Below, piece by piece: positions 29,913-42,246 of a stretch of DNA of 64,000 nt (the stretch's first letter is position 1; each line of letters opens with the position of its first letter). The translations under genes were made by a program, and so were the position numbers. The notes beneath the pieces were generated by a model. That model did not search any database, was not told the origin of the DNA, and worked only from the letters and a program-made list of their open reading frames with translations. The stretch spans positions 11,346,001 through 11,410,000 of the forward strand of contig OU015567.1 in NCBI GenBank assembly GCA_907165135.1, read 5' to 3'. The DNA is from Oikopleura dioica. Its lineage: Eukaryota; Animalia; Chordata.

Positions 29913-32900
29913 TTAGAATGATATCGAGGAAACGTTTTCAGTATAGTGTTTTATGCAAAGATCTCTAAACTGTCTCTCGTCATAAACAGTCTCAAAAACA
30001 GTATAAACAGAAAGCGCAGCAGTAGAAGCAAGAAAAAGTTCGGAGCGCAAATCTTTGGTCGCCCGTTTTTCACCAAAATCTGACGGAAGACATCTGTCCA
30101 GAAGATCCAGTACTTGCGAGTCCAAATTTCATTGAGGCCAATGAGTTTTCCGCGGTGCTTCTCGTTTGTTTCTGCGAGGACGACCATGATTGTTGGAGGC
30201 ACGATGAAGCTTGAGAGCGCGATCGCGGCAAGTGCTCGGCCGGACCAGCACATCGCGCATTCTAGGAGTTTGATTATCGTATTGGGATCTTAGATTCGTT
30301 AGACTCCCTCGTCCCCTAAGGTCACTTGCTTATCTAGATCGAGCTTTGCTCGGTCGCCGCCGTGTATTTCTCTTCATTCGGTAATTCACGCAGTTCGTGA
30401 ATTAACCTCTATTTTACTCCAGCTCGAAATACAGACGTCAAGATACTTTACTCGTTTTCTTCACTCGTCCAGATATAGAGAGCAGGCAAACTACGCTAGA
30501 AGTGGGAGATTCAGCAGAAGCTAGGATCCCTTCAGTGGTATCAGAGTAGTCCCGTTGGAGAAAAGGTAAATTTTCCGCCATCGACAACCGAAGTTTCGCA
30601 ACTTGGACGCTGATTGGCCGTCAGCGGAGTCGAGGGGAACCGAATCACCAACCGCCACCGCGCCGCCGGAGAAACTCCACTCAGAGAATTTTCCGCGCCG
30701 CACCACACCAACACCACCCCGAGCGAGCGCCACCACACGAGCGCCACCACGACCCACGCGCCGAAAGTCGCGCCCACGCAACCACGCACGCACGCCGGGG
30801 AAAACCTAAAATACTCAGAAAAACAGAATTCTTTCGCCACTTTTCACCAAAAATCGAGAGAAGTTTACGAAGAATCGACCCTTGGACCAGACCTTGAAAT
30901 TTCGACAATCGCTGGACAGAGAAATCGTCGGGCGTTTGCGCAAAAAGGCACCTCAGCTCATCATATTGCGACTTTTAGTCGCAGTATTTTCTGAGGGCCT
31001 GAAAGGTAATCCAAGGCCCATAAACCCTTACTGCCGATATATTTCGAGCTATGGCGGCGAACAAATCACTGCTAGAAACCGTCACCGAAATAAGAAGCAT
31101 AAACGATCGAGTAAACTACCTCGAAGAACAAGTGCGAAATGACGAATCACTTAAGCCAAGCCTAGAGCCCTTGATCACAGAAAGCAGAGTAAAATTAGAA
31201 CAGCTCAGTACAACGCTTCTTACCTGCGAGCTCGATCAAGGAAAAGAATCTACGAATGCTACAATGAGAGAAGAAGCATGGGTGGCCACTACCTGGTCTC
31301 GTCACGTCCAAGACTTGCCGAAGCTGGACGCCGCATGCAACACATCTTTCAACACCTTCTTGGGCAGAGCCGACATTTATCACCGCGCCTACGTCCGCGA
31401 CAGACCTTCACGTGAACAGCCTTTCATCGCAGCAGTGTACAGCCACTTCGACTTGAACATCGAACGCTCACTTGGAACCGAATTTCTGAATTGTCAAGAC
31501 TGGAAATCGGCCAAGGCGCTGCTAGAGAAATCATTCGCCGCGAAGAGTCACTACTTACTGAAGCTAAGCGAAGTTTTCGACGTCGAATACGACCATTCGA
31601 AGCCGTTTGCACACTACACCGCCAACGTCTTGCAAAAGATGAACGAGGCGAAGCAAGCGACTTTGAACTCTTACCGACAAGAGAAGTCAGCCGACGCCGG
31701 GGTCGATGAAATATTCGACATATTCTCGACGATGATGCTGTACTTGAATCTTAGGAAAGAAGAACCAGACGTTTTCAACGCAATCCTTCCAAGCCTATCA
31801 AAAGTTTACGATATCAACGAACTCTGCCGTCTCGCCCAATCCACAAGACAGAATCGAGTTGACAGCGCGACCGTCTCCCAGCACTTCAACAGAAATAAGA
31901 ACAAAAAGAAGAAGAATGCTAAGCGCGCCAGCACCGATTCTAAGGATGGGAAAGACGATAAACAACCAGAATCCAAGAAGATTAATACGACTAAGAACGT
32001 CGAAGATTTCCAACCATTCGATGTTCACTTTTACACAGTGAAGAAGAAGCGACCAGGAAAGGCTTATTTCGCTTCGGCTACCATCATTACGGGCTCTAAA
32101 AGTTTTGACGTATCGATGGAAGTCGACAGCGGAGCCGAGTCCTCCTGTCTGTCCGCTGCTTACGTTCCCGACAAATTTCTCCAGATGCTGAAGCCCTGCC
32201 CCTTCAAGGTCACCGGTTTCAGCCCAAATATCCCCGCCGAGCAGCCGAGGGGTATCCTTCCCTGCCGCTTATCATTCAATGGTGGCCCTGCATTCTCCTT
32301 GAATCTCACCATCATGCCAGGCAGTAAATACCCAAGTCTACTGGGCCGCGATATACTAGAGAATGCGATGACGGACAGCTTCACAGTCGACAATAAGAAT
32401 CGTACTCTCTCATTTTGCTACAACGAAGCCTTCACACAAACTGAGACTCAAGTGGTGAAGCTGGACGGAGTGAAGCGGACCAAAATCAAGAAATACTTGA
32501 CGACTAGATCAGCGGTCAAAGACAGCGATCGGTCCCGCACTCAACCACCACGAGAAGTCCCAAAGCTGGACGCGCCGAACAAGAACGCAGCCAGGTGCCC
32601 CATTCAGCTAGCGAAGCAAAAACTCGGAATAACCCTACCAGCAGACGCAGACCCGGGGCAAAAGAAGATGGTCGCCGAGCTGTGTTTGGAATTCGACGAC
32701 AGATTCGGCTGCGACGGTCAAAAAATGGGTGAATTCCCGTTCGAGATCGAAATCCCGACTGATGGTACGAGTCGAAACATCAGTCAACACCCGATTCCGC
32801 AAGCTTTTCATGGTCAGGTCAGCGATCACATCTCCGAACTGCTCGAAACGAAAATAATAGAAGAGATCAAAGACCAGAAAGGGTTTAACAGCCCGGTATT

Positions 32901-35900
32901 GCCTATTCCTAAGAAATCTGGGGAAATGCGCTTCTGCATCAACTACAAAAACAGCCTGAACAAATGCCTCTCCGACAAATCCGACCCTTACCATCTCCCA
33001 AGCATGGAGGATACGATTGCGAACATTGGACCGGGCAATAAGTTTTTCGCCACAGTTGATCTACGAAGTGGATATTGGCAGTGCCCTGTAAAGAAAAGCG
33101 ACAGGTACAAGACTTCCTTCCAGTGGGGTGGGAAATCTTACGCCTTCTGCAGACTACCATTCGGTTATCGATGCTCGGGGAATATATTCTCGCGCGTCGT
33201 AAACACAATTCTCGACTCAAGCCCCACCAGGAAAAAGATGCTTTCTTATATCGATGACATAGTGTGTTTTGGGAAGACTTTCAGCTGCTATTACAACACT
33301 CTCCGAAACCTATTCATCGCGCTCCGCAAGTTTAACGCTAAACTCAAGGGCGAAAAGTGCTCTTTCCTACAATCCGAAGCTCACTTTTTGGGCCGAATCA
33401 TCAACGAAGATGGAATCAAACCGGACCCTGCGCAAGTCTCCGCTCTTCGTCAGATGAAACCCCCACGCTCCCAAAAGGAGTTAGCTTCATTAATCGGGTC
33501 ATTGAATTGGATCCGAGGTTTTCTAGAAACGAAAATGGGCGAAGCTATTTCATCCGGTTGCTTCTCGAGCAGAATGAAGCCCATAAACGATGTTCGAAAT
33601 TCGGCGAACGAAACAAATTGTTTCAAGTGGACCAAAGAAGCGGATTTGGCGCTCAAGGAAATTCAACGACGACTCTCCGAGACTCCAGTCATAAGTTTTC
33701 CTAACTTTGACGAGTCTTTTCATCTCTACACAGACGCGAGCCTGTACGCAGCGGGTGGCGTCCTGCTACAAGAGTATGGCGGGAGAGTGCACCTAGTAAG
33801 CGCGATTTCCCACACCTTCAACAAAGCTGAAAGAAAATGGAACACTTCAGAAAAGGAAATGTTTAGCATTGTCTGGTGCTGCGAGCGACTGGAAAAGCTC
33901 CTGAAAGGTAGATTCTTTCAGATTCACACAGACCACCGATCTTTGATCTTCCTACACAAAAAGAAGTTCAAGAATTCTAAAATAAGCCGATGGCAAAGCC
34001 GATTGGAAGAATTCGATTTTCACATTGTCTACATCAAGGGATCAGAAAATCAATTCGCCGACTTTATGAGCCGCAGACCTGGCGAGGACGACAAATCACT
34101 TGGATACGACTCTGAGTTTCCCGTTGGTCGCGAGTACGAAATCGACAAGAATTCACCAGTACGTGTCTTCGTCCCTTTCTGGAACGAAAATCAGTTTCCG
34201 GAGAAAATCACTTTATCAGAGGTGAAGATACATAAGGTAAACGTCAAGGCTATCGCGGCGCCAATGGAGATTCCGTTGGTGTCAGCGAATTATAATAACA
34301 TTCTGGACTATCAAAGGGAGGACTCTGCTCTGAGTGCAATCATCACTTTTCTGGAATCTGGTAAGGAGCCACTGGACATAAAATCGCTGGTGAAGGACTC
34401 CGACCACCGACAATCGTCTCTACTCAAGATGGAAAAAGCTCTGTTCCTGGATAACACTACCGGGTGCTTGATGTGTCAATTCAAATCTGGCGCGCGGGCG
34501 GTGGTACCGGAAGCGGTAAAAAGTCACTTTCTCTTTCTAGCTCACGACTTGTCCGGTCATCTGGGCGAGCCGCGGACTTTAGAGCGATTAGAGGACGTTT
34601 GGTGGCCTTCATTTCAAGACGATGTTTCTAACTACGTCCACAGCTGCGTCCCTTGCCTACGCAGAAAAGGATCTGCTGGAACTCGTACCAAACCGCCACT
34701 TGGAACCCTTCGTCGTGGAAAAACAGCTGGCGAATCGATTCAGATCGATTTCGCTTGTATGCCTCCCGCTGGCGGATTCAAGTATTATTTGGTGGTGGCG
34801 GACACTTTCTCTCGCTACACTTGGTGCATTCCGACGCGGTCCGACACTGCTATCTGCGCTGCAAAAGCGCTCATCTACAAGGTCTTCCTTCCCATGGATT
34901 TCTTGCCGAAACATCTACACAGTGACAGAGGTACCCACTTCTGCGCAAGCGTGATTGACGAAATGTGTAAGCTTAACCAGATAAAACATACAATAAGTAC
35001 CGCATTTCACCCTCAATCAAACGCTTTCGCAGAAAGAGCGAATCGGACTATCAAAAACAGTCTATTCTGCATGGTCAACTCATCTTCCGGTCGAAAAACT
35101 TGGGCCGACTGCGTTCCCCACGTGATGCGCGCGCTCAATAGTGTGAAAAACAAAAGCACGAAAATTTCACCGCGAGAAGTTTGGTTTGGCCGAAAAAGTA
35201 CTTTCACCCACTCTACTGGCGCAGAAATGACAGCGGAAACACCTCAGGTGTTTGGTCTCAATGTGGGAGCTTTAGCGAAATCGGCGGAAGCCATTGTGAA
35301 AACTGCGATGGAAGCTGCTGACCGAGCCATGGAGCACAGGCTGAAAAACGAGCCTAAGCCGAGACCAATCCCCGCTGGCGCTGTCGTGTACATTAAGCGA
35401 GAAAACCTGACCGACGCTAAAAGCAAGAAGGAACGCTGGGTAGGTCCCCTGAAAGCCGTTTCGAGCAACGACTGGGTCGTCATGGTCGAAGATAAAAAAG
35501 GACAACGTGATTTCATCCATCGAGAACACGTGGTTCACGCCGCAGAACGAAATCACGACTTACGCTGGATTGATTACTACGAGGCCGAGTACGTATTCCC
35601 ACATTTAACCGAAATCGTTAAGTCGAAAGTCCCACAAAAATCGCCTGTTCCTACTTCCAAACCGATGGAAAAGTCCGGGTCGAAGTCGCATGGGGGGGAG
35701 GAAATCTTCTCAGGTCGCGTCGACTCCGATGGTTGCTATGGAAAAACCGCCAAGATCATCTCTATCACCTATTTTGGAAAGTAGACGCCGATTGGACATG
35801 GAAAATCTGGGAGATACAACCGCTACATCTATTTTGGACTCGTCGGTAGCTCCAGCCGAGCCGTCAGATCGCTGGTACTCTGGTGGTACTCTTTATGAAA

Positions 35901-37508
35901 CTGCCGAGGACATGTCAGCTGATGCTACAGTGATTTCGGAGGTTGCTGCGCCCGACAATAGCCATATGTCAGTCGATAAACATAATTCAACAGTAGTTGA
36001 GGGCTCAGCAACTGAAAACAGCAAGAAAAGAACCCGTCCAAAGTCTTCACCAGATCGTCAATACTCAGCCGGCGCCGATCCGAATGCGACTTTAACCGAA
36101 GTTGGAGCAGCTCATCTCCCGAAACATACAAAACGAGCACACCGTGAAACGAGGCCCGTCGAACCTCTAAACATCGGCACAAACTCGGGTCAGTCATACG
36201 ACTAAGCGCAAGTACTGCCCCACTCAGGTCCCCTATTCATCGACCGGGGCCTGAAAAGGTACGGAAATTATCACAGTTTACCGTCGCCGACGTATTTTGA
36301 GTTCTTCTACATGTGCAGCTACTCCTTCATGTCATCACCGCTCGGACATCACGAAAACTTCGCATCTGATTCAAGCTTTTTCCCAAAAAGGGTTTTTAAC
36401 GCGAATCAGACTGCCTCGACGTTTCGAACCTGCCATGTTACTCATCTTACGCTTATACTCCTGCAAAAATCACACACTTTGGCCTTAGAGGACGTTTCAG
36501 TCTCATGGGGGTATTGGGATCTTAGATTCGTTAGACTCCCTCGTCCCCTAAGGTCACTTGCTTATCTAGATCGAGCTTTGCTCGGTCGCCGCCGTGTATT
36601 TCTCTTCATTCGGTAATTCACGCAGTTCGTGAATTAACCTCTATTTTACTCCAGCTCGAAATACAGACGTCAAGATACTTTACTCGTTTTCTTCACTCGT
36701 CCAGATATAGAGAGCAGGCAAACTACGCTAGAAGTGGGAGATTCAGCAGAAGCTAGGATCCCTTCAATCGTCTATTCTAATAGAATCGCTTTCGAACCGT
36801 TTTTCAATGAATTCTTGTTGTCTAAATATTTCTCTCCGTGCCAGAAATAAGCAATGAAACCATGCTGCATACACATATAAAAGCCCAAAGTTCCCATCAA
36901 TCCACCCATGAGCAGGGTACGATAGACCTCTTCGAAAGTGTACGAGTGGCGTCGAATAGCAGACATGAAGCTCATTCCAGTGAAGACTTAAGATCGACTT
37001 AGTTATGGAATACATGTTTTACATACATTGAGCGATACACGCAAGTTTAGGTCCGACATAAGCATTAAAGGCGCGGTCTGTTTTTGGATAGCCAAGGAAG
37101 TTTCCAGTTGCTGACTGCCCGAACCAGTCGACCTCGCGATTAATGTTTTCATAATAGACTTTTCGCATTCTAGCCATATAATCTTCCATAACGATGTTCT
37201 TTCTTTTCGAAGTTTTGGCAAGAAGGATGCTGCAAGAGTCAAGCGCCTTGTTGGAGTCAAAGGCGAACTTGTCATAGGTCGACTGAAAGAGCTCTTCACC
37301 GTTTGAAGTTGGAGTTGCGCTCGGTGCCAGATGATGGAAAAATGGGAGCCTGGAGAATACCTCGTCCTTGTTCGCCCCGATCTTCGAGTAAACGCTATAT
37401 TGCGAATTTTCTGACATTCTTAACCGCCCTCGATTTAATATCCTTGCTGCCAGCAAGTTGCTGGTCGATGCTTTTTAAAAAGTTTAACCTGCTTGAAATG
37501 CTGTTCAT
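29913..37508 (-). CDS. Uncharacterised multi-pass membrane protein (possibly mitochondrial), interrupted by LTR element 1
   Basis: ORFs 37019-37456 and 36772-36975 continue, after removing the element and one TSD, into TIIKLLECAMCWSGRALAAIALSSFIVPP (ORF 29951-30253). Arg/Ser/Leu-rich N-terminus. Confidence 0.55.
30280..30534 (+). repeat. 5' LTR, copy 1
   Basis: TATTGGGATC...GGATCCCTTCA; no differences seen versus the other three LTRs. Confidence 0.95.
31051..36205 (+). CDS. Gag-Pol polyprotein (PR-RT-RNaseH-IN), copy 1, with +1 G frameshift at 35692-35698
   Basis: PR VDSGA, RT YIDD, RNase H TDAS, IN H-H-C-C plus QIDF/SDRG/AERANR; the tail continues in ORF 35690-36205, identical to copy 2. 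Confidence 0.95.
36512..36766 (+). repeat. 3' LTR, copy 1
   Basis: Direct repeat of 30280-30534, followed by TSD ATCG. Confidence 0.95.
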
Positions 37509-37702
37509 AGATTAAGTCACGGTTATATATATTTTTTTTTGGATTTTATTGTATGATAAAGGCAGTATTGTTTTATAAATGGAGCCAGCTCGGAAAGAAA
37601 TTATCTAAAAAAAAACCCTCCCACAAGGAAGGGGGTGAAGGGACTGTAAGAGGGGGTGCGGTGATGGAGGGATGTGAGGCTGGACTTGACTGTGGGATTG
37701 CT

Positions 37703-38423
37703 CTAGTTGGAGGAGTCCTCTTCGTCGGTCTCTTCGTCGGTGTCTTCGATCTCCGACTGGGTGATGGGCAATTCGGGGTCGACAAGGTTGTACCTCTTGC
37801 CGGCCTCTTTGCCAGATGGAGCCCACTCGGTGATGCCGACGTTGCTGCAGATGGCACGGCGTTCCTTCCAGCCAGTCTTGACGCCGTCGGAGGCGGAAGG
37901 CATAGGCCACGCCTTCTTGTCGTTGACAATCTTCTTGATTGCGTCCTTGGAGACACCAATCAAGCTGGCTAGAAGAACTTCGTGAATGGCTTGAAATATA
38001 AAATAATCATACATTGTTTCTCAGCGGACCAGCGGATCTTGTCGTGGAAAGCAACGGTCCACTTGATCCAAATACGATGATCTTTATCTGAAAATAATTG
38101 TTAGAATTATCGATTTTTAGAGAATATCCTACCATCTTTGAGATAATACTCGCGACCGATGCTTCCATCTTCTTTTCGTACTTTCTTCTTACCCCAGCAG
38201 AGGTACAATCCCCCGAATTGCTTGGCGCTTGTTAGAGAAAGTCAAAAAATGCTAAGCGTACCTCAATCTCCCATTCGGACTCCTCATTGAAGTCCTTGGG
38301 AGCACACTTGACGTCCTCGTCAATGTTTTGGGTGCCCTTCGTAAGAGTCTTGCCGGCAGTGACGGCCCGTCGAGCAGCTTTCGTCGACTTTTTATTTTGG
38401 GTTTTTTTCGCCTTCGATGGCAT
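37703..38423 (-). CDS. Small protein with basic H3-tail-like N-terminus, divergent chromodomain-like region and acidic C-terminus
   Basis: Spliced model MPSKAKKTQNKKSTKAARRAV...ESEWEIE/QFGGLYLCWGKKKVRKEDGSIGREYYLKD/DKDHRIWIKWTVAFHDKIRWSAEKQ/SSLIGVSKDAIKK...EDTDEETDEEDSSN*; three GT-AG introns. Confidence 0.6.
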
Positions 38424-39089
38424 TCTCAACCGTAGATCTCGCTTTGAAGTGTCTAAAAACGAAGATTGTAAAACGCGCGTAAAGAGACGTTTTCATATTT
38501 GGCGCTCAAAGTGAACTCGGAAACGCCTACGTAAAATAATCCATGTGGAAAAAATATTTTCAAGGTGAGTGTGAGCGATCGATATTCATAATTTACAGTC
38601 ATAGAATCGGGTCAGTATCTCTATTTTAGGAACGCGGAATAAATAAAAATTTGAGAAGAGGGGCAAGAGAGTCTAGAAAGTGCGCGTTAGGCGAAATAAA
38701 TAACGGTTGAATAGAGGGGACCCTTTGCGCCAATCAAATGTCAATAAAATCTCGAATCCTAGGTCTTCTCTGGTGCTATTGGGCTTTCTGGGGAATGAGG
38801 CGAAGCTGCCCTCGATTACGGAAAGGGTAAGCTGTTCTCATTGGTCGAAATGATTAACGCCTCGTGCTGAATGTATTTTCGAAAAATGGTTGGTTCGAAA
38901 ACTGGCACCAGTGCCGAAAAGGAAAACACGGGAAGGGTCATTAAATATTTCATAAATTCGCGAAAAGGCTATCCCCCTATCAGTAAAGTTAAAAAGAGTT
39001 CGAACTTAAGAACTAAAGAAAAGTAATAGAAGTAGTTGAGGTGTAAAGTTTTAACTGAATAAATAGGTTCCTACTATACAAAACAATAA

Positions 39090-39830
39090 TTTACAACAAG
39101 CACATCGATGTTCCCGAGTTTTCGGATAAATGGGCCGCTAGGGTCTCGGCGTCCGGGACGGTTCCATTGAAGTGCATTTTGAAGTGTTCGTTGAGGTCGC
39201 GTTTGCTTTTTGCTCGATGATTGCAAATGTGGCAACTTTGCTCGGTGACGCCATAATGTTGAAGCTAGAAAAGAAAATAGCTCTCGATTTTGATGATGGT
39301 CACTTACGATATGGACATCCATTTCCACAGTAGCTCGAGAAATGTAGGGACAGTGCTCACATTTGATTTCTTCTGAATGATAATCTTCATGCTTGCGTTT
39401 TTCTCCGAAGTCCTTGAAATCCATTGTGCAAAGCTGACACTTGAAAAGAGCCTTGCAGAAGCCGCCATCGCCGTAGCTGTATCGTGTATCAGGGTTGTGG
39501 AAGTGGTGGTTGTGCTTACTAAAGTGGGATTTAAGTCGATCACTTAGTAAATAATGGAAGAGATTGTTAAATCAGTTTCAAATCCGCTCCTGAGTTCCTT
39601 GACGGTGTTGAATCGAATTTTACAGCTTTGGCATTTGGTGGCATCGGGAGCGAACTCACTTGCATAGCCATGATCCTCCTCGTAATGAGCAGTAGCCACT
39701 TCTGGCTGATCAACGGGAAAGCGAAATATGCAGTGTTTGTAGTGGCAGTGTAGTCCATTGGCGATGATATCCTCCATGGAGATCTCGTCGCGATAAGTAT
39801 CGATTAATTGGTGGCGAGGAGTCGCTATTT
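39090..39830 (-). CDS. C2H2 zinc-finger array protein (about 5 fingers)
   Basis: CHYKHC...HYEEDH, CQSC...HFSKH, CQLCTMDF...HEDYH, CEHCPY...H, CHICNHRAKSKRDLNEHFKMH. Confidence 0.75.
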
Positions 39831-39919
39831 ATGGCTCAGCGTTTCCTCTTTGAAGATTTTTATGCATATGATATGCAGCATATCTATGATGCTTCTGAGA
39901 TAAACTTTAACGATTGTTC

Positions 39920-42246
39920 AAAACTTTAGAATCTGAAGAAAGTAAGAGCCATTCCTATATTGACTTTTTGAGTTGGTTTGATCGCCGCTACCGGGAGACC
40001 GTGAGGCTTTTCTGGACTCGAATACAAGGTTCGCTTTCTCGCACATCTCGTTGGCATGAGCGAAGACTTTTCTGGCGACGACAGTGGATGCGCGGCGGGT
40101 GTAGCTGCAATATTTGTGGACTCTTCAATCTTCGCCGGGATGGGAAGGGATGAAACATGACTTTGAGGTAATTCTGACGTGTCGTAATCGAAAAGTTCAG
40201 CTTCTGTAAGCGGCCGTTTTCTGGGCGGAGAAGAAACTTCTGAAGATGAATCATCTTCCGATTTACGCATTGCATCGTCAGCCGAGGGTTTCTCGGGCTT
40301 GCTTGACTTAGGCGGACACGGGGCTACATCCTCTGATTTAGAGTCTTCGTCTTTTGAAGAAAGATCCAGTGGAGATTTTTGCGGCTCTTCGAGTTCAGTT
40401 GATGATTCTAATTCTGAGTTTTCTGTAATAGACGTGGCTTCTACTTCTGCTGTTTCCTTCACGATCTCACCGAAGTTCTCGATTGTCTTAGGGGGGTCTT
40501 GACGTTCAGGCGATTTTTCAAGCTCTTCTTTTGTCTTTTTGGACAGGTCGATCGGTAGAGGGATAGGACTTTTTTCAACATCTTCAATTACCATTCTAGC
40601 ACTCGTCCCAACTGGCGATGACTTCTTACGTTTCTTACTGATGGGCAATGGAAACAGTTCCATCCGAGGGCAAGGAGACTCGATGGACGGGAGGACCGTT
40701 AGCCGACTGTAAACTTTACTATCTAGTTCTTCTGGAGTCAGCTTGGTGCCATCTGGCTTGACGTATACCACGTTGTTCTTGTTCGTCTCCGGATTATGAA
40801 GAGATTTTAGTTGAAGACCAGTGATAGTCTGACCAGAAACATTTCGCGCTCTGATGGGAGTGACCATTGGAGGAGACTTCGCCGCATCAACTTCTTCGTC
40901 GTCCGTTAAATCGATGGGAGCAGCTGGTGGCGGGGGCGGAGTGGGATTTGAAATGATGACTTCGATCGTCGAACTGTTGAAGAGCTTATTTCTGTTGTCT
41001 TTATTAGTTTTTTGAATAAGATACGCGAGGGCATGTTCTGGGTTCAAAATCGAAGAAAATGGAATGAAGAGGTTTTCAGTAATCTTGAGAATCATCTTGT
41101 CAATAAGCTTCGTCGGAGTTGGGTTAAATATTTTCCAACTGGAATTTGCAATGAAAAAATTCCGTCTAGCCGCTGGAGGTATGCTCAAAATCCTCTTGGA
41201 TCTGTTGATAACAGAAATCGCCATGCCAAGAGTAGCTGAGGGAATGACGTAGAACTGGGAGCCTAGTGGCCTTGTATTCGTCGGTTTCGTCATAATCTTT
41301 GGACGAAATTGCTTATATCTATCAATATTGGGTAGAGTTTGGTGGTGCGGCAGTGCTGGGATCGGCAATTTCAGGGGAGACGAATGGGGTTTATGCTCCT
41401 TCTTTTGTTTCTTTTTCATCGGCTCACTGACTCCAGGTTCAAAATCTTCGTCGCTAGAATCGCTATCGTTCACCGGAAAATGCTCGTCGGGGAAGTCATC
41501 GAGAAAATCGGGGTTAGGATCTCTTTCCAGGTCTTCTGGATCGGAGTTTTCTTTATCGTCGACGAGAATGGCCGCAAGATCGCGCTCTTTATCAGTCTTT
41601 TTGACCATCTTCGGTCTTCGTCGCGGATTCTTTCGATGAAAGTTTTCGATCTCTTGTGCTGCTCCGGCGAGATTCTCTTTTGGCTCCCACGTCGCTTCGT
41701 CTTCTGGATAGTCGCGCCAATGAACGAGGTATTCTAGAACGCCATCTTCGTCTTTTCGCATATCTAGAATCGTCTCGATTTCCCATTCTTCATCGGTTCC
41801 TTCCGAGTCCGAGCTGTTCTCATTTTCTTCAGCCGGGTCTTCTTCAATTTCTGCCTCGACATAAGGAGTCTCATCGCCGGAAGTATTCTGGGCGTAGGTA
41901 ACTTTATCGACAGAAGCCGGCCTTTTCTCTACGTTTTCTTCTTTGAGTTTTCTTTTGTAGGCCAAAACATCTTTGATCGTAGGAGATTTGATCGGAGGAA
42001 ACTCCTCGGAGACCTGGCTGCGTTCGAATTCAAGGACATATTTGGGCAAAATTCGCCACAATGGCTGCCAGCCTGAATTCTTGCCTTCTCCAGCAACCTA
42101 AAGATATCCTTTAAAAATAATTTCTTGGGGAAAAATGAATGTCTGCGTCCTTCGATGGAAAAATCGATCGATCAAATCAAATTTATTTTCTTTACCTTGT
42201 ATTCGAGCTGTTCATTGACGACTCTTCTGCCAGTTATTTTGGCCAT
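39920..42246 (-). CDS. Chromodomain protein: N-terminal degenerate chromo, canonical chromo, long disordered region with PxDLS motifs
   Basis: EEWEIETILDMRKDEDGVLEYLVHWRDYPEDEATWEPKENL; first exons KITGRRVVNEQLEYKV...WQPLWRILPKYVLEFE; PIDLT, PIDLSKK, PLDLSSK. Confidence 0.8.

Larger units (their letters stand above)
30280..36766 (+). mobile_element. Full-length Ty3/Gypsy (Tor-like) LTR retrotransposon, copy 1
   Basis: 255-bp LTRs 30280-30534 and 36512-36766; 4-bp TSD ATCG; PBS TGGTATCAGAG at 30536; G-run PPT; single gag-pol ORF. Confidence 0.97.

Noticed and set aside
30536-30547. Plant-type tRNA-iMet PBS (TGGTATCAGAG) as evidence of horizontal transfer
   Set aside because: It is only one mismatch from the metazoan iMet complement and the host tRNA sequence is unknown to me; insufficient evidence.
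30521-31142. Short ORFs in the retrotransposon 5' UTR and the many antisense ORFs across the window
   Set aside because: Several UTR frames differ between the two copies; the rest are shadows of real coding sequence.
35692-35698. Programmed frameshift or inactivating mutation in copy 1 Gag-Pol
   Set aside because: It is G7 versus G6 in copy 2, and other homopolymer lengths also differ between the copies; most likely long-read consensus error.
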